A DNA stretch of 64,000 nt from an uncultured Nitrososphaerales archaeon (lineage in GTDB: Archaea; Thermoproteota; Nitrososphaeria; Nitrososphaerales; Nitrososphaeraceae). The notes under the pieces are model-generated. The model saw only the letters and a program-made list of their open reading frames with translations. It was not told the origin of the DNA and ran no database searches. Shown one piece after another: positions 1 through 9,720 of this stretch (position 1 is the first letter of the stretch; the number at the start of each line of letters is the position of its first letter). The DNA lies in the NCBI GenBank assembly GCA_963841565.1, contig CAWJCY010000006.1, positions 224,001-288,000 on the forward strand. Direction: 5' to 3'. The position numbers and the translations under genes were made by a program.

Positions 1-140
1 ACACTCACAAAGGCCTTGATATCGACATCTCGTTTTGATATACGCTCAAGAATTTGGGATACATATTCCTCTGCAGAAAAGTGTTGATTTCTTATGCCGT
101 CGGTAACCTCATCGATCGAGAGATCATATAGTCTACTCAT
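1..140 (-). CDS. gatA: Asp-tRNA(Asn)/Glu-tRNA(Gln) amidotransferase subunit A, N-terminal part (runs off window start)
   Basis: Manual translation from ATG at 140: MSRLYDLSIDEVTDGIRNQHFSAEEYVSQILERISKRDVDIKAFVS, a typical amidase N-terminus. Directly downstream of gatC. Confidence 0.85.
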   Translation of the reverse strand, partial: MSRLYDLSIDEVTDGIRNQHFSAEEYVSQILERISKRDVDIKAFVS

Positions 141-418
141 TGTTTCACATCACTTTTAGGGCCTTTCAGATATCCATCCTTTCTATTTCTGGTTTTAGGA
201 AGGACGTTCTCGCCGAAATCCTTTGCTTGATCTAGACGCAAGTTGCGAACCGACTTCGTGAAGTAGGTAGGTTCCAGAATATCCAATGTTAAGCCATCTA
301 GGATGTCAAAATGTTGGATAATTCGATCGATTTGAGATTCGTATTTTAATAGCTCTTCCTCTGAAAGGTCTAACCTTGCAAGCCAGCCTAAATGTTTAAT
401 CTCATCCTTTGAAACCAT
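137..418 (-). CDS. gatC: Amidotransferase subunit C
   Basis: IKHLGWLARLDLSEEE...LRLD...GYLKGPK pattern, between aspS and gatA. Confidence 0.9.
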   Translation of the reverse strand: MVSKDEIKHLGWLARLDLSEEELLKYESQIDRIIQHFDILDGLTLDILEPTYFTKSVRNLRLDQAKDFGENVLPKTRNRKDGYLKGPKSDVKQ

Positions 419-438
419 TCCGATTTAATTCTCCTCAT

Positions 439-1788
439 TCACGGGGTTAGACGATCAATATCTCTTGGGTAGAACGTAGCGTCTCGGATATTCTCGATAT
501 TCAGGAGTACCATCATAAGTCTTTCCAAGCCTACTCCGAAACCTGCATGAGGTGGAACACCATAATCAAAAACTCTAAGATGGAAATCAAACTGTTGCGT
601 GTTTAGCCCTTGCTTTTTCATATTTCCTAGAAGTGACTCCTTCCTATTTATTCTGGTACTGCCAGAGGAGATTTCAAGTGAACCAAACATTAAATCAAAA
701 GATTCACAATACTTGTCAGATCTGGAGGTCGGCTTTACATAGAATGGTTTTATAGCAGTGGGCCAGTCTATTATATAGTAAAAAGTATCGCTGTTGAAGA
801 CTTCATTTGGAAGTCCTTTCATAATCTGAGGGTTGATATCATCACCCCATCTGATACGTTCACCCTTTGCTTGAAGTTTATCGATAATCTCATCGTATCT
901 GTATTTTGGGAAAGGTGTCTTGATATTTGGTAATGTGCCATGCATACTTTCCAAATCATCCCGATGACTGTCATTTATCGCGTTGACAATATGTTTTATC
1001 ATTGCTTCTAGTAAATTCATAAGGTCATTGTAATCTGAGAAGGCCTGTTCAACGTCGATCGAGATTGCTTCTGACAAGTGTCTTTTTGTTCTTGAGGGCT
1101 CTGCCCTAAAAATTGGTCCAATCTCGTAAACATTCTCAAAAGCCATCGTTAGCTGTTCCTTATACAATTGGGGACTTTGCGCCAGGTATGCCTCTTTATT
1201 ATAGTAAAAAATTGGAAACAGGGCAGCTCCCCCTTCAGTAGCTGTTGAGATCATTTTGGGCGTGTTTACTTCAATAAAACCTTTCGCATCAAGAAACTCT
1301 CTAATAGAACTAAGTGCGGTATGGCGAATTCCAAATGTACTTCGTAAAAAATTTCGCCTTAAATCTATAGCTCTAAGATCCAGGCGCGTATCAATACCTA
1401 CTGTTGATTTATTTGCCTGGATGGTGAATGGTGCTGCTTGCTTAGCTAACGAGAATATTCTTACCTCAGCGGGAATAATCTCTATTCCGTTGGGCGATTT
1501 ATTTTGTGCTCGAACTTGTCCTCGGACCGCTAAGGACGTGTGATCCTTTATACGTGAGAGTTGATCGAGAACCTTGTCTGAACATTCGCCTCGTTTTGCA
1601 GTTACTTGTATTTCACCTAGTCTATCTCTTATTACAACAAATTGAATATTACCGTGACTCCTTGTGCTTGAAACCCATCCCATTACAGTGATCTGCATGG
1701 TATCTAAAGTAGGTAGAATCTCTCTAGAGTAATGGGTTCTTCTCCAATCACCTAATTCCTGTTCATGCAATAATTCGCTCAATTTCAA
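439..1788 (-). CDS. aspS: Aspartyl-tRNA synthetase (archaeal, probably non-discriminating)
   Basis: OB-fold N-terminus, YLAQSPQLYKE, FRAE motif 2, PPHAGFGVGLER motif 3. In an operon with gatCA. Confidence 0.96.
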   Translation of the reverse strand: MKLSELLHEQELGDWRRTHYSREILPTLDTMQITVMGWVSSTRSHGNIQFVVIRDRLGEIQVTAKRGECSDKVLDQLSRIKDHTSLAVRGQVRAQNKSPNGIEIIPAEVRIFSLAKQAAPFTIQANKSTVGIDTRLDLRAIDLRRNFLRSTFGIRHTALSSIREFLDAKGFIEVNTPKMISTATEGGAALFPIFYYNKEAYLAQSPQLYKEQLTMAFENVYEIGPIFRAEPSRTKRHLSEAISIDVEQAFSDYNDLMNLLEAMIKHIVNAINDSHRDDLESMHGTLPNIKTPFPKYRYDEIIDKLQAKGERIRWGDDINPQIMKGLPNEVFNSDTFYYIIDWPTAIKPFYVKPTSRSDKYCESFDLMFGSLEISSGSTRINRKESLLGNMKKQGLNTQQFDFHLRVFDYGVPPHAGFGVGLERLMMVLLNIENIRDATFYPRDIDRLTP

Positions 1789-1983
1789 AACCTTTACGAT
1801 GCTTAAGCTTGTATTAATAAGTTTAATTTATCTTTTCACGTAAGGGCTATTCGGTAAGATGTTTTTTTTCTCATTGCAATACAAGAACCAAATGTTAGAT
1901 TTAGAAATATGCATATATATTTATACTCAATATCTGGAAGCTGAGGTGAATTCTGTTGTCCATCGAGCATAGCGATCAGGGTA

Positions 1984-2535
1984 ATGAAGAAATCGAGAGT
2001 AGTGCTCGCTGATCCAGGAACGAACGTAAATATTACAATTTCCATAGGCGACATCCGGGTCCAGTTTAATGGATCTGCAGATTCGGTTATCACTTCTGTG
2101 ATATCATTTCTGACAAAACAAATCCCCACATTGGAACTAGCTAATAGGATTTCACTTAATTACACTATTGCCGAGCTTATACAGTCATACTCAGATATCA
2201 TCAAGATAACCCCAGAAGGTCCGAGGATATTTCCGATATTGGACGGAGTGGAACTTAAGCTCTCCGACAAGCAGATTGTTGCCCTTCAACTGGTTGCCTC
2301 CCGTATCGCAAAGGGACTAGGCAAGGGTGAGGATGACAAATTACGCATGTCTGATCTACAAACGGCAACGGGTCTAAAGTCAAAATCAATTAGTTCAAGA
2401 TTGTCCGAATTGGTGAAGGTAGGATATGTGCAAAGAGACATCGTGAGAAATGGTGGTGAATTACCAGCATACCGAATCACCACCTCAGGAATCAGCTGGC
2501 TAAATTCTATCCTTGCAAAAAGGAAAAAAATCTAA
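1984..2535 (+). CDS. Winged-helix DNA-binding protein with N-terminal beta-hairpin domain
   Basis: C-terminal LRMSDLQTATGLKSKSISSRLSELVKVGYV...YRITTSG is a MarR/ArsR-like wHTH. Confidence 0.75.
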   Translation: MKKSRVVLADPGTNVNITISIGDIRVQFNGSADSVITSVISFLTKQIPTLELANRISLNYTIAELIQSYSDIIKITPEGPRIFPILDGVELKLSDKQIVALQLVASRIAKGLGKGEDDKLRMSDLQTATGLKSKSISSRLSELVKVGYVQRDIVRNGGELPAYRITTSGISWLNSILAKRKKI

Positions 2536-2589
2536 TGAGTGGAATAGCAACTCGCATATGATAAGACTTGTTAACTGAACTGGCTTATT

Positions 2590-3093
2590 TCAAGTCGCCT
2601 TCTGTAAATAGACATAATTACGGGCAGTTCCATTTCGAACTATGATGCCTTCTCTAACCATGTCGGTTAGTGAATGCGAAACTGCCGTTCTGTCGTAGCT
2701 GTAGCCCCTCCGCAATAGCTCTTCATGAATTTCTGCTAGAAGTCGCTGAATAGCGAAGTAACCTTCTTCCCACAGTGTTTCCAGAAGTATTCTGCATGTC
2801 ATACCCGTTTTATGCGGGGATTTTCTTTCTCTCCTAAATACCTCTTTATTAGGGGTAATAGCGTTTGAATCTATCAACATTTTGATATTTTCAACCTGAT
2901 TTTGCAGTTCGCCAATAGCTACGGCATTCTTTTCATCCAATGGACTTGGATGATCGATACTATCAAGGACGTTGTGAACCACCTCCTTGACTTTGTCTTC
3001 TGCACATGTTATTTCGACTTCCCATCCATCGTGCTTCAGCCTGATCTTTACTTCATCCGACTGAGCAGCTAGTGGCGGGGGGCTATCATTCAT
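2590..3093 (-). CDS. Conserved hypothetical protein with C-terminal winged helix (start probably at ATG 3093, not 3201)
   Basis: LWEEGYFAIQRLLAEIHEELLRRGYSY...VSHSLTDMVREGIIVRNG..RNYVY is wHTH-like, with a central coiled coil. Confidence 0.65.
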   Translation of the reverse strand: MNDSPPPLAAQSDEVKIRLKHDGWEVEITCAEDKVKEVVHNVLDSIDHPSPLDEKNAVAIGELQNQVENIKMLIDSNAITPNKEVFRRERKSPHKTGMTCRILLETLWEEGYFAIQRLLAEIHEELLRRGYSYDRTAVSHSLTDMVREGIIVRNGTARNYVYLQKAT

Positions 3094-3280
3094 GTTGAAC
3101 AAGCAACGTTGGAAAAGTTCACCCTGATAAACTTGTTCCTTTGCATCTTGCGCATCTTGCGCAACATTAATTAACTTCGGTTCGCAGATATTGTTGATCA
3201 ATATGAATGCAAATGCGCATTTAAACTTCTATCTTGAAGAAGATTGTATTACAGAATTTGAAAACACTTTCAGAAAATCG

Positions 3281-4244
3281 ATGAACATGTGTTTGTCAGA
3301 TCAATTGACAGAAATTCTCAAGGGGAGAAGAATCATATTTGATTCAATTGAACAAACGACTGTCCCAGTTAGAAGGGATGTGAGCATTGATCGGCCCTGC
3401 ACAGTAACTCCTAGGGTTGTTCATCCAAGCGAGAAGGTAACCCTCATCAGCGCAATAGATTCAAGTGTTATTCATTTAGCGAGGACTGAAGAAGGAAGGT
3501 TGTACGCTCGCAAAATCTGGAATCGTGATATCATCTGGTAGAAGAATCCGACGCCATTTCAGGCTAGGTCCAATGCTCATCTACCTCACTGAGGAATTCT
3601 TGTGTAACTCTAAGATAGATCACAATTTAGGAAATCTATTGCTTGTTGACAGCAGCATCGCCAAACGTCTTATCAGAATTAGGTTAGAGAGAGCAATTCA
3701 ACTAGTCCTCTCCAGCCGCTTGAATAATTCAATAATACTAATAGATGGAGCTCTGAGGTCCTCCGTATTGGAAGATTACAACTGTACCATCAACAGGGTA
3801 GTTGAAAAGTCTACTCTAAGCAATAATGATGTCATAGGGTTGTCTAAAAACACGAGTATGACGATCCTTAATCAATTTGAAAACCTACTTAAAGCAATGC
3901 CTTACTCGGCTTGCATCGATACTGGTTGTGTGATTAAGAGTCTGGCAAGAAATACATTGGGTAATAATTTGCTAGTGAAACTTGGAAAAAATGAAAATGA
4001 GTATGTCCTCCGAGCGGACATATGCTCGGCGAATGGTAATGATTTGGATTGTTTAGAGAGACTAATCGGAAATGACATACTCTTTCGTAGCTATCCAGAA
4101 TCACTTAGGATTGCACATCACATTTCAACTTTCACAACTACAGAGATCTCATCATTAAAGGGATACATATCAAGGAGCTGTATTGTAGAAGAGGTTGACC
4201 AAGCTGCTACTAGAAAGAACATTTTGGGGGTTTCATTTGTTTGA
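3281..4244 (+). CDS. nurA: NurA-family 5'-3' nuclease, split by a +1 frameshift near 3509; start codon uncertain
   Basis: AIDSS motif in ORF 3191..3541; ILIDGAL and YPESLRIAH motifs in ORF 3525..4244. Deleting one base joins them (LYAAKSGIVISSG). Overlaps herA. Confidence 0.8.
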
Positions 4245-5737
4245 AAATTCTTCAAAAAACGAATGATGAATTGATACTGTTAGCAGTAAAATCAGAAATG
4301 GTCTCCAAAGGTGACTACTTCCTGATTGAGGATACTGAAATGAAAAGGCAACTGATAGTCCAAGTGTACAATGAGGAATATCTCTCAAACCAATCTATTA
4401 TTGAGGACATCGTCAAAGATGAAATTATTCGCGCAACCAGTCCTGGAGTTTCATATGATCCGTTAGAAATAGGACTATTATCATGCGTGGTACGTGATTC
4501 GAGACTCTTCAAGGCAAAGATACGAGGTTCTTCCGTTGGCGCAAATAACAATATGTCAAGTGATATTTCTTGGTTACCATCGCGAGTAAATTCGAAGATT
4601 AGACGTCTTACAATTTCTGAACTGAATCAAATACTCAACAGAGGTGGCGAGTCTCCCATTTCGATCGGCTTTGTTGGTAATAGTCAAGATCCCTTCACCA
4701 TATATGCTGAAGACCTTGATGGCAGGCTAAACATAATTGCAGGTAAGAAAGAATCAGGTAAATCACATTTGTCAAAATTACTTGTCAAGTCGCTCCTAGA
4801 ACATGGAGCATTTGTCCTTGTCTTTGATCTAAATAATGAATATGCTGGATTAGGAATTAAGACCAATGGATTGGGATCAAACATTGAATCGAAGGTCGTT
4901 CTTCTTGAACCAGGGAAGAATTTGCGCTTTTCATTAGAATATTGTGGCAAACCGTCCGTATCTTCCATGCTTAAGAACGCTTTAGATATGCCTCCCACAT
5001 CATTGCGTGAGTTCTTTAGAATATGGGATAATCTTAACAAAAGACATGCACTAACATTAGAAGCATTTTCAAATGCAATTAATAATTGGAATTTCAATGA
5101 TCTCGTTCGTGACGCGTTAATCTCAAGGATTCATACGATACGTAACTCGAGGCTATTTCTCAATGACGAGAAAAATGATGAATATGAAGGATTAAGATTC
5201 GAAAATTTGATTTCCAATAATGTTCATGGACTGGCAATGATCGTAAATTTGGGAACTTATGCACCGACCATAAGACACATGGTTGTCGAGTTGATACTAA
5301 ACAAATTAGTTGAGTTGCTCGGAAACAATTTGATCCCTCCTATATTTCTCTTTGCAGAGGAAGCCCATCTGTATATCAAGGAAACTTACTGGGACGACAT
5401 TATCACGAGAATGCGTCACTTCGGGATCTATTCTACGTTTATTACTAACCATCCGGAGGCATTAGGAGAAGGGATCTTGAGACAAGTAGACAACATATTC
5501 TTATTCAATTTCGTGAATGAATCAGATTTAGAAAGAATTTCTAAAATTTCCCTAGTTGATAAGGATACGATCAAGTCGATAGTTAGAACTCTTCCTCAGA
5601 GGTATTCACTTCTAATCGGAAAAATGGTTCAAGAACTACCAATAGTAGTTAAGGTTCCTCATTTGGATGTCAAAACCTATGGAGAAACTAAAAAATTCTT
5701 TAGAAGGAAAAGCCCTACCCTTTTATCTTCTAAATAA
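4241..5737 (+). CDS. herA: HerA/FtsK-family ATPase (DUF87-type)
   Basis: N-terminal HAS-barrel-like region, Walker A GKKESGKS, VLVFDLNNEY, Walker B FLFAEEAH. Coupled to nurA. Confidence 0.88.
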   Translation: MKILQKTNDELILLAVKSEMVSKGDYFLIEDTEMKRQLIVQVYNEEYLSNQSIIEDIVKDEIIRATSPGVSYDPLEIGLLSCVVRDSRLFKAKIRGSSVGANNNMSSDISWLPSRVNSKIRRLTISELNQILNRGGESPISIGFVGNSQDPFTIYAEDLDGRLNIIAGKKESGKSHLSKLLVKSLLEHGAFVLVFDLNNEYAGLGIKTNGLGSNIESKVVLLEPGKNLRFSLEYCGKPSVSSMLKNALDMPPTSLREFFRIWDNLNKRHALTLEAFSNAINNWNFNDLVRDALISRIHTIRNSRLFLNDEKNDEYEGLRFENLISNNVHGLAMIVNLGTYAPTIRHMVVELILNKLVELLGNNLIPPIFLFAEEAHLYIKETYWDDIITRMRHFGIYSTFITNHPEALGEGILRQVDNIFLFNFVNESDLERISKISLVDKDTIKSIVRTLPQRYSLLIGKMVQELPIVVKVPHLDVKTYGETKKFFRRKSPTLLSSK

Positions 5738-6083
5738 CCGCCTCGTCACCACGTTGTTTTGTTCCTATATCTATCGTGTCGCTGACAGGCGAGATGAATA
5801 TTTTTCCATCTCCTGCTGAACCCGTGCTTACCGAGTCCAGTATAGCATTAACCACATCTTCTACTTTGGAATCAGGAACCACCGTAACGACATTGGCACG
5901 GACTGAAAATTCAGATACAAATCTACTTGTCCCTCTTCCACTTTCAACAATGGGCTTCTCACCCTTACCTCTGCCTTTTGCTTCGAGGATGGTACATCCA
6001 CCTATACCTGCCTTTTTGAAGGCCTCACTTACCGTGCTAATCTTTTCATTAGGTATAATTGCCTCAATCCGCTTCATAGGCAC
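5730..6083 (-). CDS. glnK: P-II family nitrogen regulatory protein
   Basis: MKRIEAII, GRG T-loop, TGSAGDGKIFISPV...IGT. Confidence 0.93.
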   Translation of the reverse strand: MPMKRIEAIIPNEKISTVSEAFKKAGIGGCTILEAKGRGKGEKPIVESGRGTSRFVSEFSVRANVVTVVPDSKVEDVVNAILDSVSTGSAGDGKIFISPVSDTIDIGTKQRGDEAVI

Positions 6084-6200
6084 GTATAAATTAGTTCACG
6101 ATATAAGTTTTTCAAACTATATTTACGATATAATAAATAAAAGCAAAATTTGATAAAGCGTGAAATTATCACAGAAATTGACCATATCAGACTATATATT

Positions 6201-7112
6201 TTAGTTAGCGGCGTGGGATAATCTTTTAACCTTATCATTGACCGGATTGTTTTGTATGTATAGTGCCAAAGCGTCGATCATTGGTTTCATTTTAAAAACT
6301 TGAGGAACGACATCAACTGCTACACCGTATTTGTGTAGCTCTCGGGCCGTTGAAGGTCCAACAGCCACTACTATTGTGATCGAATTAAGTGAGGTTTGTA
6401 AAGTGTCCCATAATTTGTGTCTCTTTGCAAAATTAATCAGTCCTCTAACCGACGGTGGGCTTGTAAACGTTATGGCATCGATATTTCCTAGATCAATATC
6501 CCTTACTAGATTTGTAATCTGGGTTTCATCACTTAGAATGGATTTAAAGCCCATACTCTCGAGAATTCTAGTTTCATTGAGATCACTGGTTTCTGAATAT
6601 CTATACACAAATACTTCAATAATGTTATTTCTCAATCTTTCAAGTCCATCAACTAAATGTCGGGAAGAGGTGCCATGCCAGATTATTGCGATTTTCTTCG
6701 CCGTCACTCCCATACTTTTGAAGAGTTGTAACACTCCAGTAGACGTGTAATCTAGATTAGGGATTAGAATTGGCCTCAGTCCGAAATTAAATAACGACAT
6801 CTGTGTTTTTGGACTTCGTGCAACCAATATTGTGTTTCTAAGCATATTGATTAATGGTTCTTTCTTTCCAAGTTCTGAGGACAAATCGATTAGCGAGTAT
6901 ACACTTGGACCTGTCATAAACACGACAAAATCTGGTGTGTTATCCTTGGCAAGTTCAATAAATCTTGATACATCAAGAACTGTACTTTCCTCTCTTTTGA
7001 TCCCTGTTGTTGGAGCAATGTATGGCCTTCCTCCAAGTGATCTTATGACCTGGGCTAGCTCACCTGCTCTTCTACTCGCTGTAACTGCGATGTTTAGGTT
7101 CGATAGGGACAA
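6201..7112 (-). CDS. hemD: Uroporphyrinogen-III synthase
   Basis: IAVTASRRA, VVFMTGPSV, AITFTSPPSV, VAVGPSTARELHKYGV. Confidence 0.88.
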   Translation of the reverse strand: MSLSNLNIAVTASRRAGELAQVIRSLGGRPYIAPTTGIKREESTVLDVSRFIELAKDNTPDFVVFMTGPSVYSLIDLSSELGKKEPLINMLRNTILVARSPKTQMSLFNFGLRPILIPNLDYTSTGVLQLFKSMGVTAKKIAIIWHGTSSRHLVDGLERLRNNIIEVFVYRYSETSDLNETRILESMGFKSILSDETQITNLVRDIDLGNIDAITFTSPPSVRGLINFAKRHKLWDTLQTSLNSITIVVAVGPSTARELHKYGVAVDVVPQVFKMKPMIDALALYIQNNPVNDKVKRLSHAAN

Positions 7113-7126
7113 TCCGTTAATTCTAG

Positions 7127-9529
7127 CTACTCTGATCTCCTAATGTTATGCATCATCATTAAATCTTCTTCGAAAAGCAATAGGTTCTCGGGAATAGCTA
7201 ATTCTATAGGATCTTTTAGAGACAGCGGCTTTCCGGTTTCTGGAGAAATATAGGATTTCTTCTTGTTCCAGACCGTTGAATTAAAATTAATAATCAGCTG
7301 GGTATACTTAGAATAGTCACTGTAATCTCCCTCCACTTCTGGTAGCTTACGCAAATGGATGCTTTCAGTGACATTGTCATACATGATCGTCCAGATCTCC
7401 TCGGTAATATACGGACATATCGGGGCCAGCAGCGTAAGGATCGTTGTCATACTCTTATGAAGGGTATAGATCGAAGAAAGCCTAGATTGACTGGAACCAT
7501 CAAGATAAGCTCTCCATTTGACCATCTCAATGTAGTGAGCTGCAAAAATGTTCCAAGTAAATTCTCGGATGGCGTTTGATGGAATAAAGAAGTTAAATTC
7601 GGAGTAACCTTTCCTACATTCCTTAACTAGTTTCTGCAATTCTCCCAGTAACCACATGTCACTTGGAGTTAGAGTTGTCGGCTTTTCAGAAACACTATCA
7701 AATGAGGATATGAACCTCGCAACATTCCATAATTTAGACAAGAAGTTCTTCGCAAGTGATATCTTTTGTTCAGAGCACCGAAAATCATAACCCAAATTAC
7801 ATTCTGATGCAGACCAGAATCTGAACGCATCGGCCCCATATGTATTGATTATGGGTAGAGGATCCATCACATTACCTCTGCTCTTACTCATTTTCTCACC
7901 TCTTTCGTCAACTCCAAAACCCATTATCCAGGCCTTTGACCAAGGTAGCTTATCGGTCAACTGAACGCAACGTAGCAATGAATAGTATAGCCAAGTCCTA
8001 ACGATGTCCTTTGCCTGGGGTCTAATCGAAGCAGGGTAGGGATGTCGTATTCTATCTGATCCCCCGTATTCACCTGTGTATATGGCTGTCAAGCTGGAAT
8101 CCATCCAAGTATCGAATGTTCGTTCTTCTCCAACAAATTTTCCTGCTCCACAACTGGTGCATTTATCAAATGGTGGGTCCTCTTCCCAAGGTCTGTAATA
8201 TTTGCCAGAGGGCGGTAGGTTAGGGTAATTGCAATTCACGCAATACCAGATAGGAATCTCTGTTCCATAGTAACGTCTCCTTGAAATGGGCCAATCAGTT
8301 GCAACTGAATCCAGCCAGCTCATTAGAATTTGTCTGTGAATTTCGGGATAAAACTTGAGCTGGGCTGACATATGCTTTAGTTTGGGTATATACTCAATTT
8401 GTTTAAGGTAATAATCTTGCAAGGGAACAATCTCCACAGGGGTTTTGCTTCGCTCGCATAAAGGAGTTCTATGCATGATATCCTCGGTTTTTTGTAGAAA
8501 GCCATTTGTCTTTAAGTCAGAAATTATCTTGACTCTAGCTTCTTGGATGGGAAGATTAGCATATGGGCCAGCTTCGGCTGTGGTGCGTCCGTAGATATCT
8601 ATAGCGATTATTTCCTTCAATCCGAGTTCTCTAAATAATGCGACATCATTTTGATCACCGTAGCTACAGACCATAACTGCACCGGTTCCAAATTCTGGTC
8701 TAGCAGAGTGATGTGAATAAATCGGGACTTGTTTGTCAAAGAGAGGAATAGATACTCTCTTTCCTATGATATTTGTATAGCGTTCGTCATTAGGATTAAC
8801 TATAACGGCCTGGCAAGCAAAAAGCAATTCTGGTCTAGTTGATGCCACAATGATGCCTTTTGTTTCATCCTTTACACTAAAATTCATGTATACGAGCTTG
8901 GTAGGTAGTTCCTCGTATACGATTTCCGCATCTGCTATAGTGGTGCCGCAGTCCGGGCATAGATTATTAGGCCTATTAGCAATGTATATCATCTTCCTGT
9001 TCCACAGCTCGATGAAAGTACTTTGAGTTAACGCTCTAAATTTACTTGAATCAGTCCTATAATAATTCTTGAAATCTGCACTCAATCCAATCAACTTCAT
9101 AATCTCGATCATCTCCTGTTCAAGTTCGTCCAAAGCGCTTTTGCACAATTCCAAGAATTTTCTTCTATCTGTTTTTCTCATCCTAATTTTGTATTTCTTT
9201 TCCGTATAGATTTCAATTGGAAGACCATTTCGATCGATACCTATTGGAAACAGGACATTGAAACCGCTCATTCGCGCGGTCCTAGCAATCATATCGATCT
9301 GTGCATAATGAGCCGCTGCTCCGATATGCCATGGCCGACCTGAAGGGTATGGAGGGGGAGTATCGATCACAAAAGTGGCTTGTTCTCTATTGATTGGGGT
9401 TTTGTCGACCCTAGCACTCTCCCATTTTTGGCGAATTTTCACTTCATTGTTTGAATTCCATTTCTTCTCTTCAATTCTATGAGTTCGACTCAATCTTAAA
9501 GTAATTCCAAATATTCGATTATTAAACAT
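7127..9529 (-). CDS. valS: Valyl-tRNA synthetase
   Basis: DTPPPYPSG..HIG, STRPELL, FGTGAVMVC, DWPISRRRYYG, FDTWMDSS, KMSKS. Confidence 0.95.
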   Translation of the reverse strand: MFNNRIFGITLRLSRTHRIEEKKWNSNNEVKIRQKWESARVDKTPINREQATFVIDTPPPYPSGRPWHIGAAAHYAQIDMIARTARMSGFNVLFPIGIDRNGLPIEIYTEKKYKIRMRKTDRRKFLELCKSALDELEQEMIEIMKLIGLSADFKNYYRTDSSKFRALTQSTFIELWNRKMIYIANRPNNLCPDCGTTIADAEIVYEELPTKLVYMNFSVKDETKGIIVASTRPELLFACQAVIVNPNDERYTNIIGKRVSIPLFDKQVPIYSHHSARPEFGTGAVMVCSYGDQNDVALFRELGLKEIIAIDIYGRTTAEAGPYANLPIQEARVKIISDLKTNGFLQKTEDIMHRTPLCERSKTPVEIVPLQDYYLKQIEYIPKLKHMSAQLKFYPEIHRQILMSWLDSVATDWPISRRRYYGTEIPIWYCVNCNYPNLPPSGKYYRPWEEDPPFDKCTSCGAGKFVGEERTFDTWMDSSLTAIYTGEYGGSDRIRHPYPASIRPQAKDIVRTWLYYSLLRCVQLTDKLPWSKAWIMGFGVDERGEKMSKSRGNVMDPLPIINTYGADAFRFWSASECNLGYDFRCSEQKISLAKNFLSKLWNVARFISSFDSVSEKPTTLTPSDMWLLGELQKLVKECRKGYSEFNFFIPSNAIREFTWNIFAAHYIEMVKWRAYLDGSSQSRLSSIYTLHKSMTTILTLLAPICPYITEEIWTIMYDNVTESIHLRKLPEVEGDYSDYSKYTQLIINFNSTVWNKKKSYISPETGKPLSLKDPIELAIPENLLLFEEDLMMMHNIRRSE

Positions 9530-9720
9530 AATACTGGTTTGCTAAGGTAAAGGGTGAGAATACATGACACTTTAAATTGCAGATCTGTGGCGATACCTTT
9601 CAGTTTTTTTCTCCTCAAAAATTGAATATGTCAATGCGATTTGATCAGGCCAAATCCAGAACATGCAAGAAACATATGTGACCACTTCATAGGATGCTGC
9701 TGATGGGTATGGAGATTTTG

